A stretch of 64,000 bases of DNA from a virus. Numbering within the stretch: position 1 is the first letter of the stretch; each line of letters begins with the position of its first letter. The notes under the pieces are model-generated. The model searched no databases and had not been told where the DNA came from. It saw nothing but the letters and a program-made list of their open reading frames with translations. The DNA lies in the IMG/VR virus record IMGVR_UViG_3300009132_000005, positions 3,530-67,529 of that record; one strand, 5' to 3'. Below, in pieces: positions 38,060 through 46,515 of this stretch. The position numbers and the translations under genes were made by a program.

Positions 38060-40138
38060 TTAAATTTGTTTAAATTCTACATCAACTTCTTCCATGCCAT
38101 AATCAACCCATTGATACCCACAAGAGTTTATTATAACTGCTCCGTCAATATGTTCAATTTCGTCGGCTATAACACCTTGCCATACACCTTTACCATATTT
38201 TTCATCTTTAAATTTAAATGAATATATGTTTAATCCTTTTGGTGATACACCTATCAGCTTAATATCTTTCTTTAATCTTCTGTCCGAGAAACCACCTCCA
38301 CCAGAACATTGGTCAAGAGAAATTACTCCACCAGCTCCACCACTTGTTCTATATTTGTGCGATGGACTAAAACCTGAAGCGTTTGTTGCACCATACCAAG
38401 CATCACTTAATGCCGAAGTACCACTAGAATTTGTATACACAAAACTACTTACTTGTGGTAATCCATTAGAAACGTTTGTTCCATAGTACGTGTTTGTAAT
38501 AAACTCACTACACACGAACATAAAACTACTTGCGCCTGTAGACGCAAAAGATGTAAGTGACGCTGCTGTACTATAAGTTGTTACGTATGTTGTAATAAAC
38601 GTAGTTGTAAAAGTTGTAGCATACGTTGTGTTATAAGTAGTTGTCGTGTTATAAGAAGTTGTGGTAGCTTTAGAAGTACCTCTACTTGTTCCACGACTTG
38701 TTGTATATACAGTACTAGTTGTATAAGTAGTAGTTGTAGTATAAACAGTTGAAGTAGCTTTACTAGTATTAAAAGTCGTACTAGTTGTGTAGGTAGTAGT
38801 TGTACTTCTACTCTCTGTCGTGTTTCTACTAGTTGCGAACGTAGTTGTAGTAGCTCTACTAGTAGACACTGTTGTGGTTCTACTCTCTGTAGTGTTTTTG
38901 CTTGTTGCAAATGTTGTAGTAAACGTAGTTAACGTAGACGTATTAAATACAGTATTCGTTGTGTAAACAGTTAACGTAGACGTATTGTAAATAGTTGTTG
39001 TTTTATGATTAGTACTATAAGTAGTTGTTGTATTTTTATTTGTACTAACTGAAGTTGTTCTACTCTCTGTCGTATTTTTACTAGTAGCATATGTAGTATT
39101 TCTACTTGTCGAGGTACTAGTATTATATGTTGTTCTAGTAGTATATATTGTAAGCGTTGTTGTGTTGTATACTGTATTAGTACTTTTACTAGTTGATGAT
39201 GTTTCTGTTGTACTTTTACTAGTTGATACAACGGTGCTTCTTGACTCTGTCGTATTTTTATTAGTTGATACTGTAGTAACTCTACTTGTACTAGTACTAG
39301 TGTTAAACACTGTGTTGGTTGTATACACGGTTAACGTGGTTGTATTATAAACAGTGTTAGTTGATCTGTTAGTGCTAAAGGTTGTGGTTCTTTGCTCTTG
39401 GGTAGATTTACTTGTAGAAAATACTGTTGTAGTGTTTTTTGAAGTTGATATAGTAGTTGTTTTACTAGTTGTTGTACTAGTATTATATATAGTAGCTGTT
39501 TCTTTTAATGTATTACCTAGAAATGTATTATAAGTTGTTGTAAATACAGTTTGTGTATCTTTCATCGTAGAAACTACCGTACTTCTTGAAGTAGAAAAAA
39601 CAGTACTTGTAGAATATACAGTTATGGTACTAGTATTATATACAGTATTAGTTGTTTTTGTAGTTACAGTAGATGTGTTGTAGGTTGTTGTAAAAACTGT
39701 TAAAGTAGATGTATTAAATACCGTATTAGTACTAGTATTATAAGCCGTTATAGTTATAGTGTTTGTACTTCTACTTGTAGAAAATGTAGTAGTATATACA
39801 GTCGTTGTAGTAGTACTTGTATTATAAGCAGTTGATGTGCTTGTGTTGTACCTTGTTGTAGTAGAAGTACTAGTATTGTATGTAGTGTTAAAAGCAGTTG
39901 TTGTAGACTTACTAGTACTAACTACCGTGCTAGTAGTAGTATTATAAGCTGTGGTAGTAGATGTACTCGTATTAAATGTAGTCGTTGTACTTTTAGTAGT
40001 AGCTGTGCTTGTGTTAAACACAGTTGATGTACTTGTATTAAATACAGTAGTTGTTGACTTAGATGTACTTGTAGATCTATTTGTAGACCTGTTAGTACTC
40101 TTGCTCCAAAAAACGATCTTACTCCACAGGAAATTCAT
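38060..40138 (-). CDS. Thr-rich repeat protein B with C-terminal peptidase S74 intramolecular chaperone
   Basis: KNTTESR units at 60-aa spacing. C-terminal FSDRRLKKDI...IYSFKF...GVIADE...VDY is the S74 signature. Confidence 0.8.
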   Translation of the reverse strand: MNFLWSKIVFWSKSTNRSTNRSTSTSKSTTTVFNTSTSTVFNTSTATTKSTTTTFNTSTSTTTAYNTTTSTVVSTSKSTTTAFNTTYNTSTSTTTRYNTSTSTAYNTSTTTTTVYTTTFSTSRSTNTITITAYNTSTNTVFNTSTLTVFTTTYNTSTVTTKTTNTVYNTSTITVYSTSTVFSTSRSTVVSTMKDTQTVFTTTYNTFLGNTLKETATIYNTSTTTSKTTTISTSKNTTTVFSTSKSTQEQRTTTFSTNRSTNTVYNTTTLTVYTTNTVFNTSTSTSRVTTVSTNKNTTESRSTVVSTSKSTTETSSTSKSTNTVYNTTTLTIYTTRTTYNTSTSTSRNTTYATSKNTTESRTTSVSTNKNTTTTYSTNHKTTTIYNTSTLTVYTTNTVFNTSTLTTFTTTFATSKNTTESRTTTVSTSRATTTTFATSRNTTESRSTTTTYTTSTTFNTSKATSTVYTTTTTYTTSTVYTTSRGTSRGTSKATTTSYNTTTTYNTTYATTFTTTFITTYVTTYSTAASLTSFASTGASSFMFVCSEFITNTYYGTNVSNGLPQVSSFVYTNSSGTSALSDAWYGATNASGFSPSHKYRTSGGAGGVISLDQCSGGGGFSDRRLKKDIKLIGVSPKGLNIYSFKFKDEKYGKGVWQGVIADEIEHIDGAVIINSCGYQWVDYGMEEVDVEFKQI

Positions 40139-40150
40139 ATAATAAAATTA

Positions 40151-41068
40151 TTATTGCGGGTAGCTGGCGAATCCAGATACGTAGTTGATTAATACTTTTG
40201 TAGATGTGGCTATAAAATAAGTCATTACAGCTATTCCATTGCTACCTGACCCAAATGTTATAGCACTTCCACCTGGCGTATAAGCTGTGTTTGGTAAAGC
40301 TGGATCGTCCCAACTAATAAAATTTGTAGATACTACATTGGGATTATTTATTATAATAGTACCAGACTGACCAACATTACTAGCAATGTTTGAAAAACTA
40401 ATACTGTGATCAACAAATGATTCATTAACAACTGTGCATATATAATAATTAGTTTTAACATCAAAGTCTATAGCAAAAACACCACTACTATGAGTTATTG
40501 TTGTTGCGCCTTGACCTTGAAAACTAAAATCACCGTAAATATGAAGATCTGCATCTTGTGAAGTACTACCTATTTCAACTAGAGAATCACCGTCCATGTT
40601 TGGCAACTTCAGAACTCTAACAGCAGCTCCACCATTTTGATTGTGACTCCAAAATTCAGCAGTACCAGAACTGTTACCATCATAATCGAACTGTAAACTA
40701 GTATTAGTACCAGATATATAAGGACCATATGTAGTTGCTTCGGCACCGTCGTTTCTAAGGTGTATTATTCCATCAACTTTTAAGTCTTCTTTTGTTCTTA
40801 TGTCTTTTTCAAACGTAACTTTTTGATCACTCTCAACAGTCATAGCTAACGTGTTTCCAGTATTTAATTTTAAAGTACCAGAAGCTGTTGTTAGCTCGTG
40901 AGCAGATGCACTAGCGGTTATTCTTAAATCATAATCATCAGAGTTTGGAGCTTTTAAATCAATAATACCTCCACTGTTACCACCAATTTCTAATTGACCA
41001 TACCCAGTTCCACCATCTACAAGTATCTGGCCTTTTACGTCTATATTTCCTAAAATTGGTATTGCCAT
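40151..41068 (-). CDS. Tail fibre/receptor-binding protein
   Basis: GGIIDLKAPNSDDYDLRI fibre motif, beta-rich C-terminal domain, MAIPIL N-terminus. Confidence 0.65.
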   Translation of the reverse strand: MAIPILGNIDVKGQILVDGGTGYGQLEIGGNSGGIIDLKAPNSDDYDLRITASASAHELTTASGTLKLNTGNTLAMTVESDQKVTFEKDIRTKEDLKVDGIIHLRNDGAEATTYGPYISGTNTSLQFDYDGNSSGTAEFWSHNQNGGAAVRVLKLPNMDGDSLVEIGSTSQDADLHIYGDFSFQGQGATTITHSSGVFAIDFDVKTNYYICTVVNESFVDHSISFSNIASNVGQSGTIIINNPNVVSTNFISWDDPALPNTAYTPGGSAITFGSGSNGIAVMTYFIATSTKVLINYVSGFASYPQ

Positions 41069-41090
41069 ATTTTTTATTTAAATTAAATAC

Positions 41091-41114
41091 AAACGGTACC
41101 CGCAGGCACCGTTT
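41091..41114 (-). terminator. Rho-independent terminator-like hairpin
   Basis: Minus strand AAACGGTGCC-TGCG-GGTACCGTTT followed by GTATTT. Confidence 0.6.
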
Positions 41115-41132
41115 ATATTATATATATTATTA

Positions 41133-43169
41133 TTACGAAGTTGGGTAAGTAGGTGTAACTGCAGTAGCTCCTTTTATTGAGGTGATATTAACCTCTACAT
41201 CTGAAGGAGGTGCAGCAGCAAACTTAACATATATATTATCATTACTGTCAGTTGATCCATCAGAAGTACATTCCCAGTCGATAATACAATTTCCGTAATC
41301 TGTTGTACTATCATCATTTTTTAATTGAGCCGTTACTAATAAATCAGTAGTACCTAAACCGTGGTTTATTACAGCTGATAACTGTGTAGCATGCAACGAA
41401 GCAGTTAATATAGTAGCTACAACTGATTTAGCAGCTAATGTATCAGGTGTTATAACTCTACTTTGATCAGTACCAGCTCTAACTTCAGCAGCAGTTGCTA
41501 ATTCAACCACACCTTGGTTTATTGCTGTAGCTTCTTCAGCAGCGATAGTTGCAGTACCATTAGAATAAGCAACATCAATGTGATCACCAGCAGCAACAAT
41601 TACAATACCTTTGTTTGTTGCACTTGAATCTTCACCAGCAATAGTTACTGTGTTAGCACCATCATCGTTAGTAACGTCAATACCTTCACCAGCAGTTATT
41701 ACAGCACCAATTCTATCATTTATTACTTCTGCTATTGCAACACCACCAAGTGTTAAAGCATCTGTTTCTAAAGTACCATCAACATCAACATCACCTGATA
41801 TATCAAGATTAGTAAATACTGAAGTACCTGTAGCTGTAAGTATACCCGTTACATCAACTGGATGTGAAAATACAAATTTATCACCTGCAGCGTTCCAAGT
41901 CATACTAGCATCAGTAGAAGCATCTACAGCATCTTGAATAGTAATACCAGCGCCGTCAGCAGTTGAACTTGAATCACCTGATGATTTATTTACTGTTATG
42001 TTTTTATCTTCAACATCTAATGTTCCAACGTTTGCTGTAATAGTATCACCTGATACAGTTAAATTACCACTAACCGTTAAATTTTCGGCAATAGTAATGC
42101 TATTTGCTAACTTAGCTCCTGTTACCGCATCATCAGCAATGTGAGCAGTATCAATAGATCCATCTACATAGTGTTCTGAATCAATTTGGTCATCTGCTAT
42201 CTTAGCGTTTGTAATCGCATCGTCCGCGATTTTTGCTGTAGTAACATTAGCATCTGTAATCTTTGCTGTTGTAACTGCATTAGTTGCTAACTTAGCGGTT
42301 GTAACATTTGCATCAGTGATTTTTGCAGTAGTTACAGCGTCATCAGCAAGCATAGCTGTTGCAACTTGAACTTCAGCAACTATACCGTCTGCTGATGTAG
42401 AACCTAATACTCTATTTGCTGTTGCAACGTTTTGTATTTTAGCATACGTTACTTGATCAGCTCCTATATGTGCTGTATCAATCGATCCGTCAACATATTG
42501 GTCAGAATCTACTGAGTTAGCCGCCATTTTAGCTAACGTAACGTTTGCATCAGCTATTTTAGCAGTTGTTACGCCTGCATCGTTTATTTTTGCAGTAGTA
42601 ACAGCAGAGTCAGCTATTTTAGCCGTAGTAACGTTAGCATCAACTATACTAGCTGTAACAACAGCATCTGAAGCTAAGTTATCAGCATCAACCGAATCAT
42701 CAGCAAGCATTGAGTGAACAATATCACCAGCTCCAATTACAAAGTCTAAGTTACCATTTGCATCGTCATAAGATACAGATATACCAGTCTCAGTACCATC
42801 AAGCATTCCACCAACATAGTCTTCAACTTGTTCTTGTGTTAATGTGCTGTTAGCTGATATTGTAACTACACCACCAGCTTCTGATAAAGTAACACCAGTT
42901 CCTTTTTTAAGAACTAAATCTTCTGATAATTCTAAAGTGTTATTAACGGATCCGTCTCCGTTTGTATCAATGGCAACCGTTCTAGTACCACCACCGGATG
43001 CTAGCGTTAGCCATGTTGATCCGTTGTATACCTTAACCGAGCCAGAGTCATAAATAATTTGCCCCGTCCCCGGTGAAGTCACATCACCTGAACCAGTCGT
43101 ATGGAGCAGTACGTTTTGGATTTCCGCTGATTTTTGGAAATCCATGTGATTTAAAATAGGTATTGCCAT
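41133..43169 (-). CDS. Tail fibre protein with VTTAKIAD 10-aa repeats
   Basis: Many (A/N)VTTAKI(A/T)D repeats, GNLTVSGDT...VEDKNI, GVVELATAAEV..G and HGLG motifs. Confidence 0.75.
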   Translation of the reverse strand: MAIPILNHMDFQKSAEIQNVLLHTTGSGDVTSPGTGQIIYDSGSVKVYNGSTWLTLASGGGTRTVAIDTNGDGSVNNTLELSEDLVLKKGTGVTLSEAGGVVTISANSTLTQEQVEDYVGGMLDGTETGISVSYDDANGNLDFVIGAGDIVHSMLADDSVDADNLASDAVVTASIVDANVTTAKIADSAVTTAKINDAGVTTAKIADANVTLAKMAANSVDSDQYVDGSIDTAHIGADQVTYAKIQNVATANRVLGSTSADGIVAEVQVATAMLADDAVTTAKITDANVTTAKLATNAVTTAKITDANVTTAKIADDAITNAKIADDQIDSEHYVDGSIDTAHIADDAVTGAKLANSITIAENLTVSGNLTVSGDTITANVGTLDVEDKNITVNKSSGDSSSTADGAGITIQDAVDASTDASMTWNAAGDKFVFSHPVDVTGILTATGTSVFTNLDISGDVDVDGTLETDALTLGGVAIAEVINDRIGAVITAGEGIDVTNDDGANTVTIAGEDSSATNKGIVIVAAGDHIDVAYSNGTATIAAEEATAINQGVVELATAAEVRAGTDQSRVITPDTLAAKSVVATILTASLHATQLSAVINHGLGTTDLLVTAQLKNDDSTTDYGNCIIDWECTSDGSTDSNDNIYVKFAAAPPSDVEVNITSIKGATAVTPTYPTS

Positions 43170-43200
43170 TTTTTTTCTGTTTTAGTTTAAGTTATTAATT

Positions 43201-43551
43201 TTATGTTTTTAAAAATGCATATCCGCTTTTTGGATTTGCGAACTCTATTTTTAAAGAGTCTTTTGTTAAATAAGTAACAACGCCCATAGCTTGAACGTTG
43301 TTATATGTTCCACCACCTGATAACTTTATATTTACATGTGGTAAGTAGTCTGTTAAATCTAAATTATGCGTAATGGTCCATGTATCAGAAGAGTTGTTCT
43401 GATGATGTTTATATGTACCAGTATTTGTAGCAAAAAAAGAAGATAAGTGTTGTATTTTAAAGTTTTTAGTGTTTCCTGATTCATCTGATCCTAAAAGCTT
43501 GTCTGATCCACTTATACTAGCGTCTAATGCTATGTTAGATATTTTTGGCAT
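43201..43551 (-). CDS. Small tail-fibre adaptor-like protein
   Basis: MPKIS...DKLLGSD..G.TKNF and WTITHNL. Start moved to MPKIS. Confidence 0.55.
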   Translation of the reverse strand: MPKISNIALDASISGSDKLLGSDESGNTKNFKIQHLSSFFATNTGTYKHHQNNSSDTWTITHNLDLTDYLPHVNIKLSGGGTYNNVQAMGVVTYLTKDSLKIEFANPKSGYAFLKT

Positions 43552-43558
43552 AATTTTT

Positions 43559-44020
43559 TTATTTTTTAAATATACTTGTAACCTTTTCTCCACTTCGTCC
43601 GCCGAAGTAGGCTAAAACAACCGCCATCATCACTTTTTCAAACGTATCGTTCCAAGTAACTCCAATATTAAAAGGTATTGATTCTACACTGTCTAATATA
43701 CCAGCTAATGAAAATATAACAATACACCACACTAAAACTAGCGGGCGTACATTTTTCGAAAGCCATGAGTCTGATGCAGCATCTGCCTGCCATCTTGAAG
43801 TTATAGACTCTATTTCTTTACTTTGTTGCTCGTATATTAATTGTTGTAATTTTATTTTTTCATCAGGGCTTACATCTGATTTACCTATAGCTTCAATAGC
43901 TTCTTTAGGTGATGTAACACCTTTAAGTATATTACCTAATGTTGGATTAGCCATAGAAGCAGCACCGAACAAAAGCTTACCTACGGTAGTTTCTGCAAAT
44001 TTCTTTTTTGGTTTACTCAT
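43559..44020 (-). CDS. Holin (3TM/GTA-holin-like)
   Basis: RWQAD..SDSWLSKNVRPL, two TM helices and AYFGGRS.EK. Confidence 0.75.
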   Translation of the reverse strand: MSKPKKKFAETTVGKLLFGAASMANPTLGNILKGVTSPKEAIEAIGKSDVSPDEKIKLQQLIYEQQSKEIESITSRWQADAASDSWLSKNVRPLVLVWCIVIFSLAGILDSVESIPFNIGVTWNDTFEKVMMAVVLAYFGGRSGEKVTSIFKK

Positions 44021-44023
44021 AGT

Positions 44024-45235
44024 TTAATTTTTATATCCTGCTCCTCTTCCAAATTTTCTTTTCATTATACCAGCAGATTTTCCTTTATAACCTCTTTTAT
44101 CAATAGGAGAATTTGATGGATTCTTACTTTGAACATATGCTTTCATTTCTTCTGGAGTCATTTCAAAGAATTTTTTCTTCATATCATCATCAGTTAAATC
44201 TTCTAAGTTAGGATCAGCTACTGGGTTGCTTGTTGAAGAGCTAGATGGTTTAAAGTCAAAATAACTGCCTATTGGTGCGTTATATTTACTTTGAGATGCA
44301 GCTTTTATCTTCATGTCTCTTTGACTATTTGGATCAAACTCATAAGCATCTTGATTTGCTTTAGCTATATCTTGTCTTATTGTTTTATCTTTAAGACCAA
44401 ATTCTTCTTTTACACCCTTAATTTCATTTAAAGCATTTAATTTCTTTTGTTGTCTATTACCACCAAAGGTACCTTTTATTTTTTCCATTATAGAAACCTT
44501 ACCATCACCATCAAGATCAACGTTTCTTTGTTTTTTCATATTGTCTCTAAACTCTTGTCTTTGTTTAGGGTCTAAGCCTTTAACAATATCTTTCATACCT
44601 TTTCTTTCCTCTCTGTTTAATCCTCTACGCATCCTACCTCTTGCAGTATTAGCATCCTCAACTTCTTTTTCACCCATGTTATATCTTTGTGACATAGGCT
44701 TGTTAGTTGTTACAGGACCATCAGGTACGAATTTAAATTCTTCTATGTTTTGACCAGAAGGAGGATTATTACTACCTTGTTTTAAATCTTTAAATAAATC
44801 AGTTAAACCTTCTGTCGTACCATAATCATCATCAACTAATTGTTGTATACTATAACCAGATTTATATTTATCCCTTAAAAACTTATTATAATCAGGACCA
44901 CCACTAGAGTCTTCATACTTTATAGCTTTACTTAAATCAGGCAACGCAGTACCTTCTTTATATTCTTGTAGTTTTCTTTTGAAATATTCACCTGGAGTAC
45001 CTTTATAGTTAAATCTACCTTGTGATTCAAAAGTATTAAACTGTAGTGGAGATGGAGATGAAGCACTCATCGTTATTGGATTTGCTACTTTTTTTGGACC
45101 ATTATCTTCTTCTTTATCAGGATCAAGGTTTATCCCCGTTGCTTGAGCACCTGCAGCAGCAGCTTCAAAAGCATTTTTTTGTAGAAGTTGTGGTTTTTTA
45201 CCTTTCTTTTTAAGTATGTCGTTGATTTTACCCAT
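44024..45235 (-). CDS. Hypothetical low-complexity protein (possibly internal head protein)
   Basis: 403-aa charged ORF with DLDGDGKVS loop and SPLQ motif. Confidence 0.55.
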   Translation of the reverse strand: MGKINDILKKKGKKPQLLQKNAFEAAAAGAQATGINLDPDKEEDNGPKKVANPITMSASSPSPLQFNTFESQGRFNYKGTPGEYFKRKLQEYKEGTALPDLSKAIKYEDSSGGPDYNKFLRDKYKSGYSIQQLVDDDYGTTEGLTDLFKDLKQGSNNPPSGQNIEEFKFVPDGPVTTNKPMSQRYNMGEKEVEDANTARGRMRRGLNREERKGMKDIVKGLDPKQRQEFRDNMKKQRNVDLDGDGKVSIMEKIKGTFGGNRQQKKLNALNEIKGVKEEFGLKDKTIRQDIAKANQDAYEFDPNSQRDMKIKAASQSKYNAPIGSYFDFKPSSSSTSNPVADPNLEDLTDDDMKKKFFEMTPEEMKAYVQSKNPSNSPIDKRGYKGKSAGIMKRKFGRGAGYKN

Positions 45236-45237
45236 TG

Positions 45238-45564
45238 TTATAGTTTTTCTTTTTTATAAGCTTCTTTTTCCCAAGGTAAGTTTTTATTACCTTCGTCCAT
45301 ATTAGCTCTGGAATATCTTTTACCTTTCCAATAGACATAGCTATCGTCATAACTAAGATCACCTCTATTCATTTGATCAAGGTGAACTTTTTCATGTTTG
45401 ATAGCTTCTTTGCCTAACTTACTGTCTTTGTCTACAGATTTGTCTAGGTATATAGAACCGTCTTTATTAGCTTCTGCTATTACACCATCAGCTAGATCTT
45501 TCTTAATGACATCAGGTTGTTGATCTTCATTATGAAAGCTAGGTGGCTTCATTTTAAATGACAT
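45238..45564 (-). CDS. Small zincin-like metallopeptidase
   Basis: AEANKDGSIYL, HEKVH (HExxH) and LPWEKEAY (third ligand). Confidence 0.7.
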   Translation of the reverse strand: MSFKMKPPSFHNEDQQPDVIKKDLADGVIAEANKDGSIYLDKSVDKDSKLGKEAIKHEKVHLDQMNRGDLSYDDSYVYWKGKRYSRANMDEGNKNLPWEKEAYKKEKL

Positions 45565-45827
45565 TACTTTCTATATTTCTTTTTGCAGCCTTTTTTCTTA
45601 AGAAGGTTGTCGCCGTATTTTTTTACGCCGCCTTTAGATTTAGATCCTAGCTGTTTAAAATCTGATCCAGTTAAAAATCCATCATTATTAGCGTCTAATG
45701 GTTCTTGGCCTTCTTTAACTTTTGATTTTTTTAATGGATTACCTAAGTTTAATTTAGGTAAACCACAGCTTTTGTCCTTAAGTATCATGTTTACTTTAGA
45801 AATTGCTTTTGGTCCTGCGTATCCCAT
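45564..45827 (-). CDS. Small basic protein with EF-hand-like loop
   Basis: LDANNDGFLTGSDF and a Lys-rich tail. Confidence 0.55.
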   Translation of the reverse strand: MGYAGPKAISKVNMILKDKSCGLPKLNLGNPLKKSKVKEGQEPLDANNDGFLTGSDFKQLGSKSKGGVKKYGDNLLKKKGCKKKYRK

Positions 45828-45829
45828 AA

Positions 45830-46270
45830 TTATCTAGTTTTGTCTTTTATCATATCATCTATAGCTTTATTATAAACTTTATCTGTATATGATTTATTAT
45901 TAAAAAATTTGTTTCTTTCGCTAGTAGGTAAGTCTTCTTCCGCTAAAAGTATACGGTATATCCTACTAATCAGTTGGGAGCATTTAAATGATGTCTTAAA
46001 AATACTATATTTAATTGAAGTGCGGTTACGATGCCTCCAAACCTCTATCCAGCCTTGTTCACGTAATCTCTCCCAACGTTTCTTATCCCATGAATATGTA
46101 TAAGTACCGTTGATAAAATCATTACGAGTAAATCTATCTTTACAATCAAGATAAATTAATAGCTCAAGGTCGGCATCGTTTAGCCCATAAGTTTTACAGG
46201 CCCATTTACGAACGAGCCTGTAATATTTGAATAAACCTATATCTCTTAAATCAGATGGGCTTAGTTTCAT
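45830..46270 (-). CDS. Winged-helix-like hypothetical protein
   Basis: L..ADLELLIYL...FTR..F...RL...GWIEVWR resembles a MarR-type winged helix. Confidence 0.5.
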   Translation of the reverse strand: MKLSPSDLRDIGLFKYYRLVRKWACKTYGLNDADLELLIYLDCKDRFTRNDFINGTYTYSWDKKRWERLREQGWIEVWRHRNRTSIKYSIFKTSFKCSQLISRIYRILLAEEDLPTSERNKFFNNKSYTDKVYNKAIDDMIKDKTR

Positions 46271-46515
46271 TCTACCAAGACTACGTCCTTTATTGTTATA
46301 ACCTGATATTCATTATCTTGCCAATTTATACTATGGCCAGCATGTTTATCATAGTGTACTATATCATTATCACATACTCCTTGCACTAAATTACCTATTG
46401 TCACAACTTTTCCTTTAGAATATCTACTTTCTTCGTCTTTTATTATTAAACCAGCTACCTTTTTAGGTTCTTGCTTAATATTTTCTATCACTATATAATA
46501 ATTAACTGCTCGCAT
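46267..46515 (-). CDS. groES: Co-chaperonin GroES
   Basis: KKVAGLII mobile loop, GKVVTIG, DIVHYDKHAG, DVVLV. Adjacent to groEL. Confidence 0.85.
   Translation of the reverse strand: MRAVNYYIVIENIKQEPKKVAGLIIKDEESRYSKGKVVTIGNLVQGVCDNDIVHYDKHAGHSINWQDNEYQVITIKDVVLVE

Noticed and set aside
35889-40138. CRISPR array or DGR-like repeats, and frequent ACTAGT/AGTACT palindromes
   Set aside because: Repeats are degenerate at synonymous positions and in frame, palindromes arise from Thr-Ser codons, and there is no repeat-spacer pattern, cas gene or reverse transcriptase.
36106-40142. Val/Leu-rich plus-strand ORFs and Leu/Gln-rich alternative-frame ORFs
   Set aside because: Shadows of ACN/AGT codon repeats in the Thr-rich genes.
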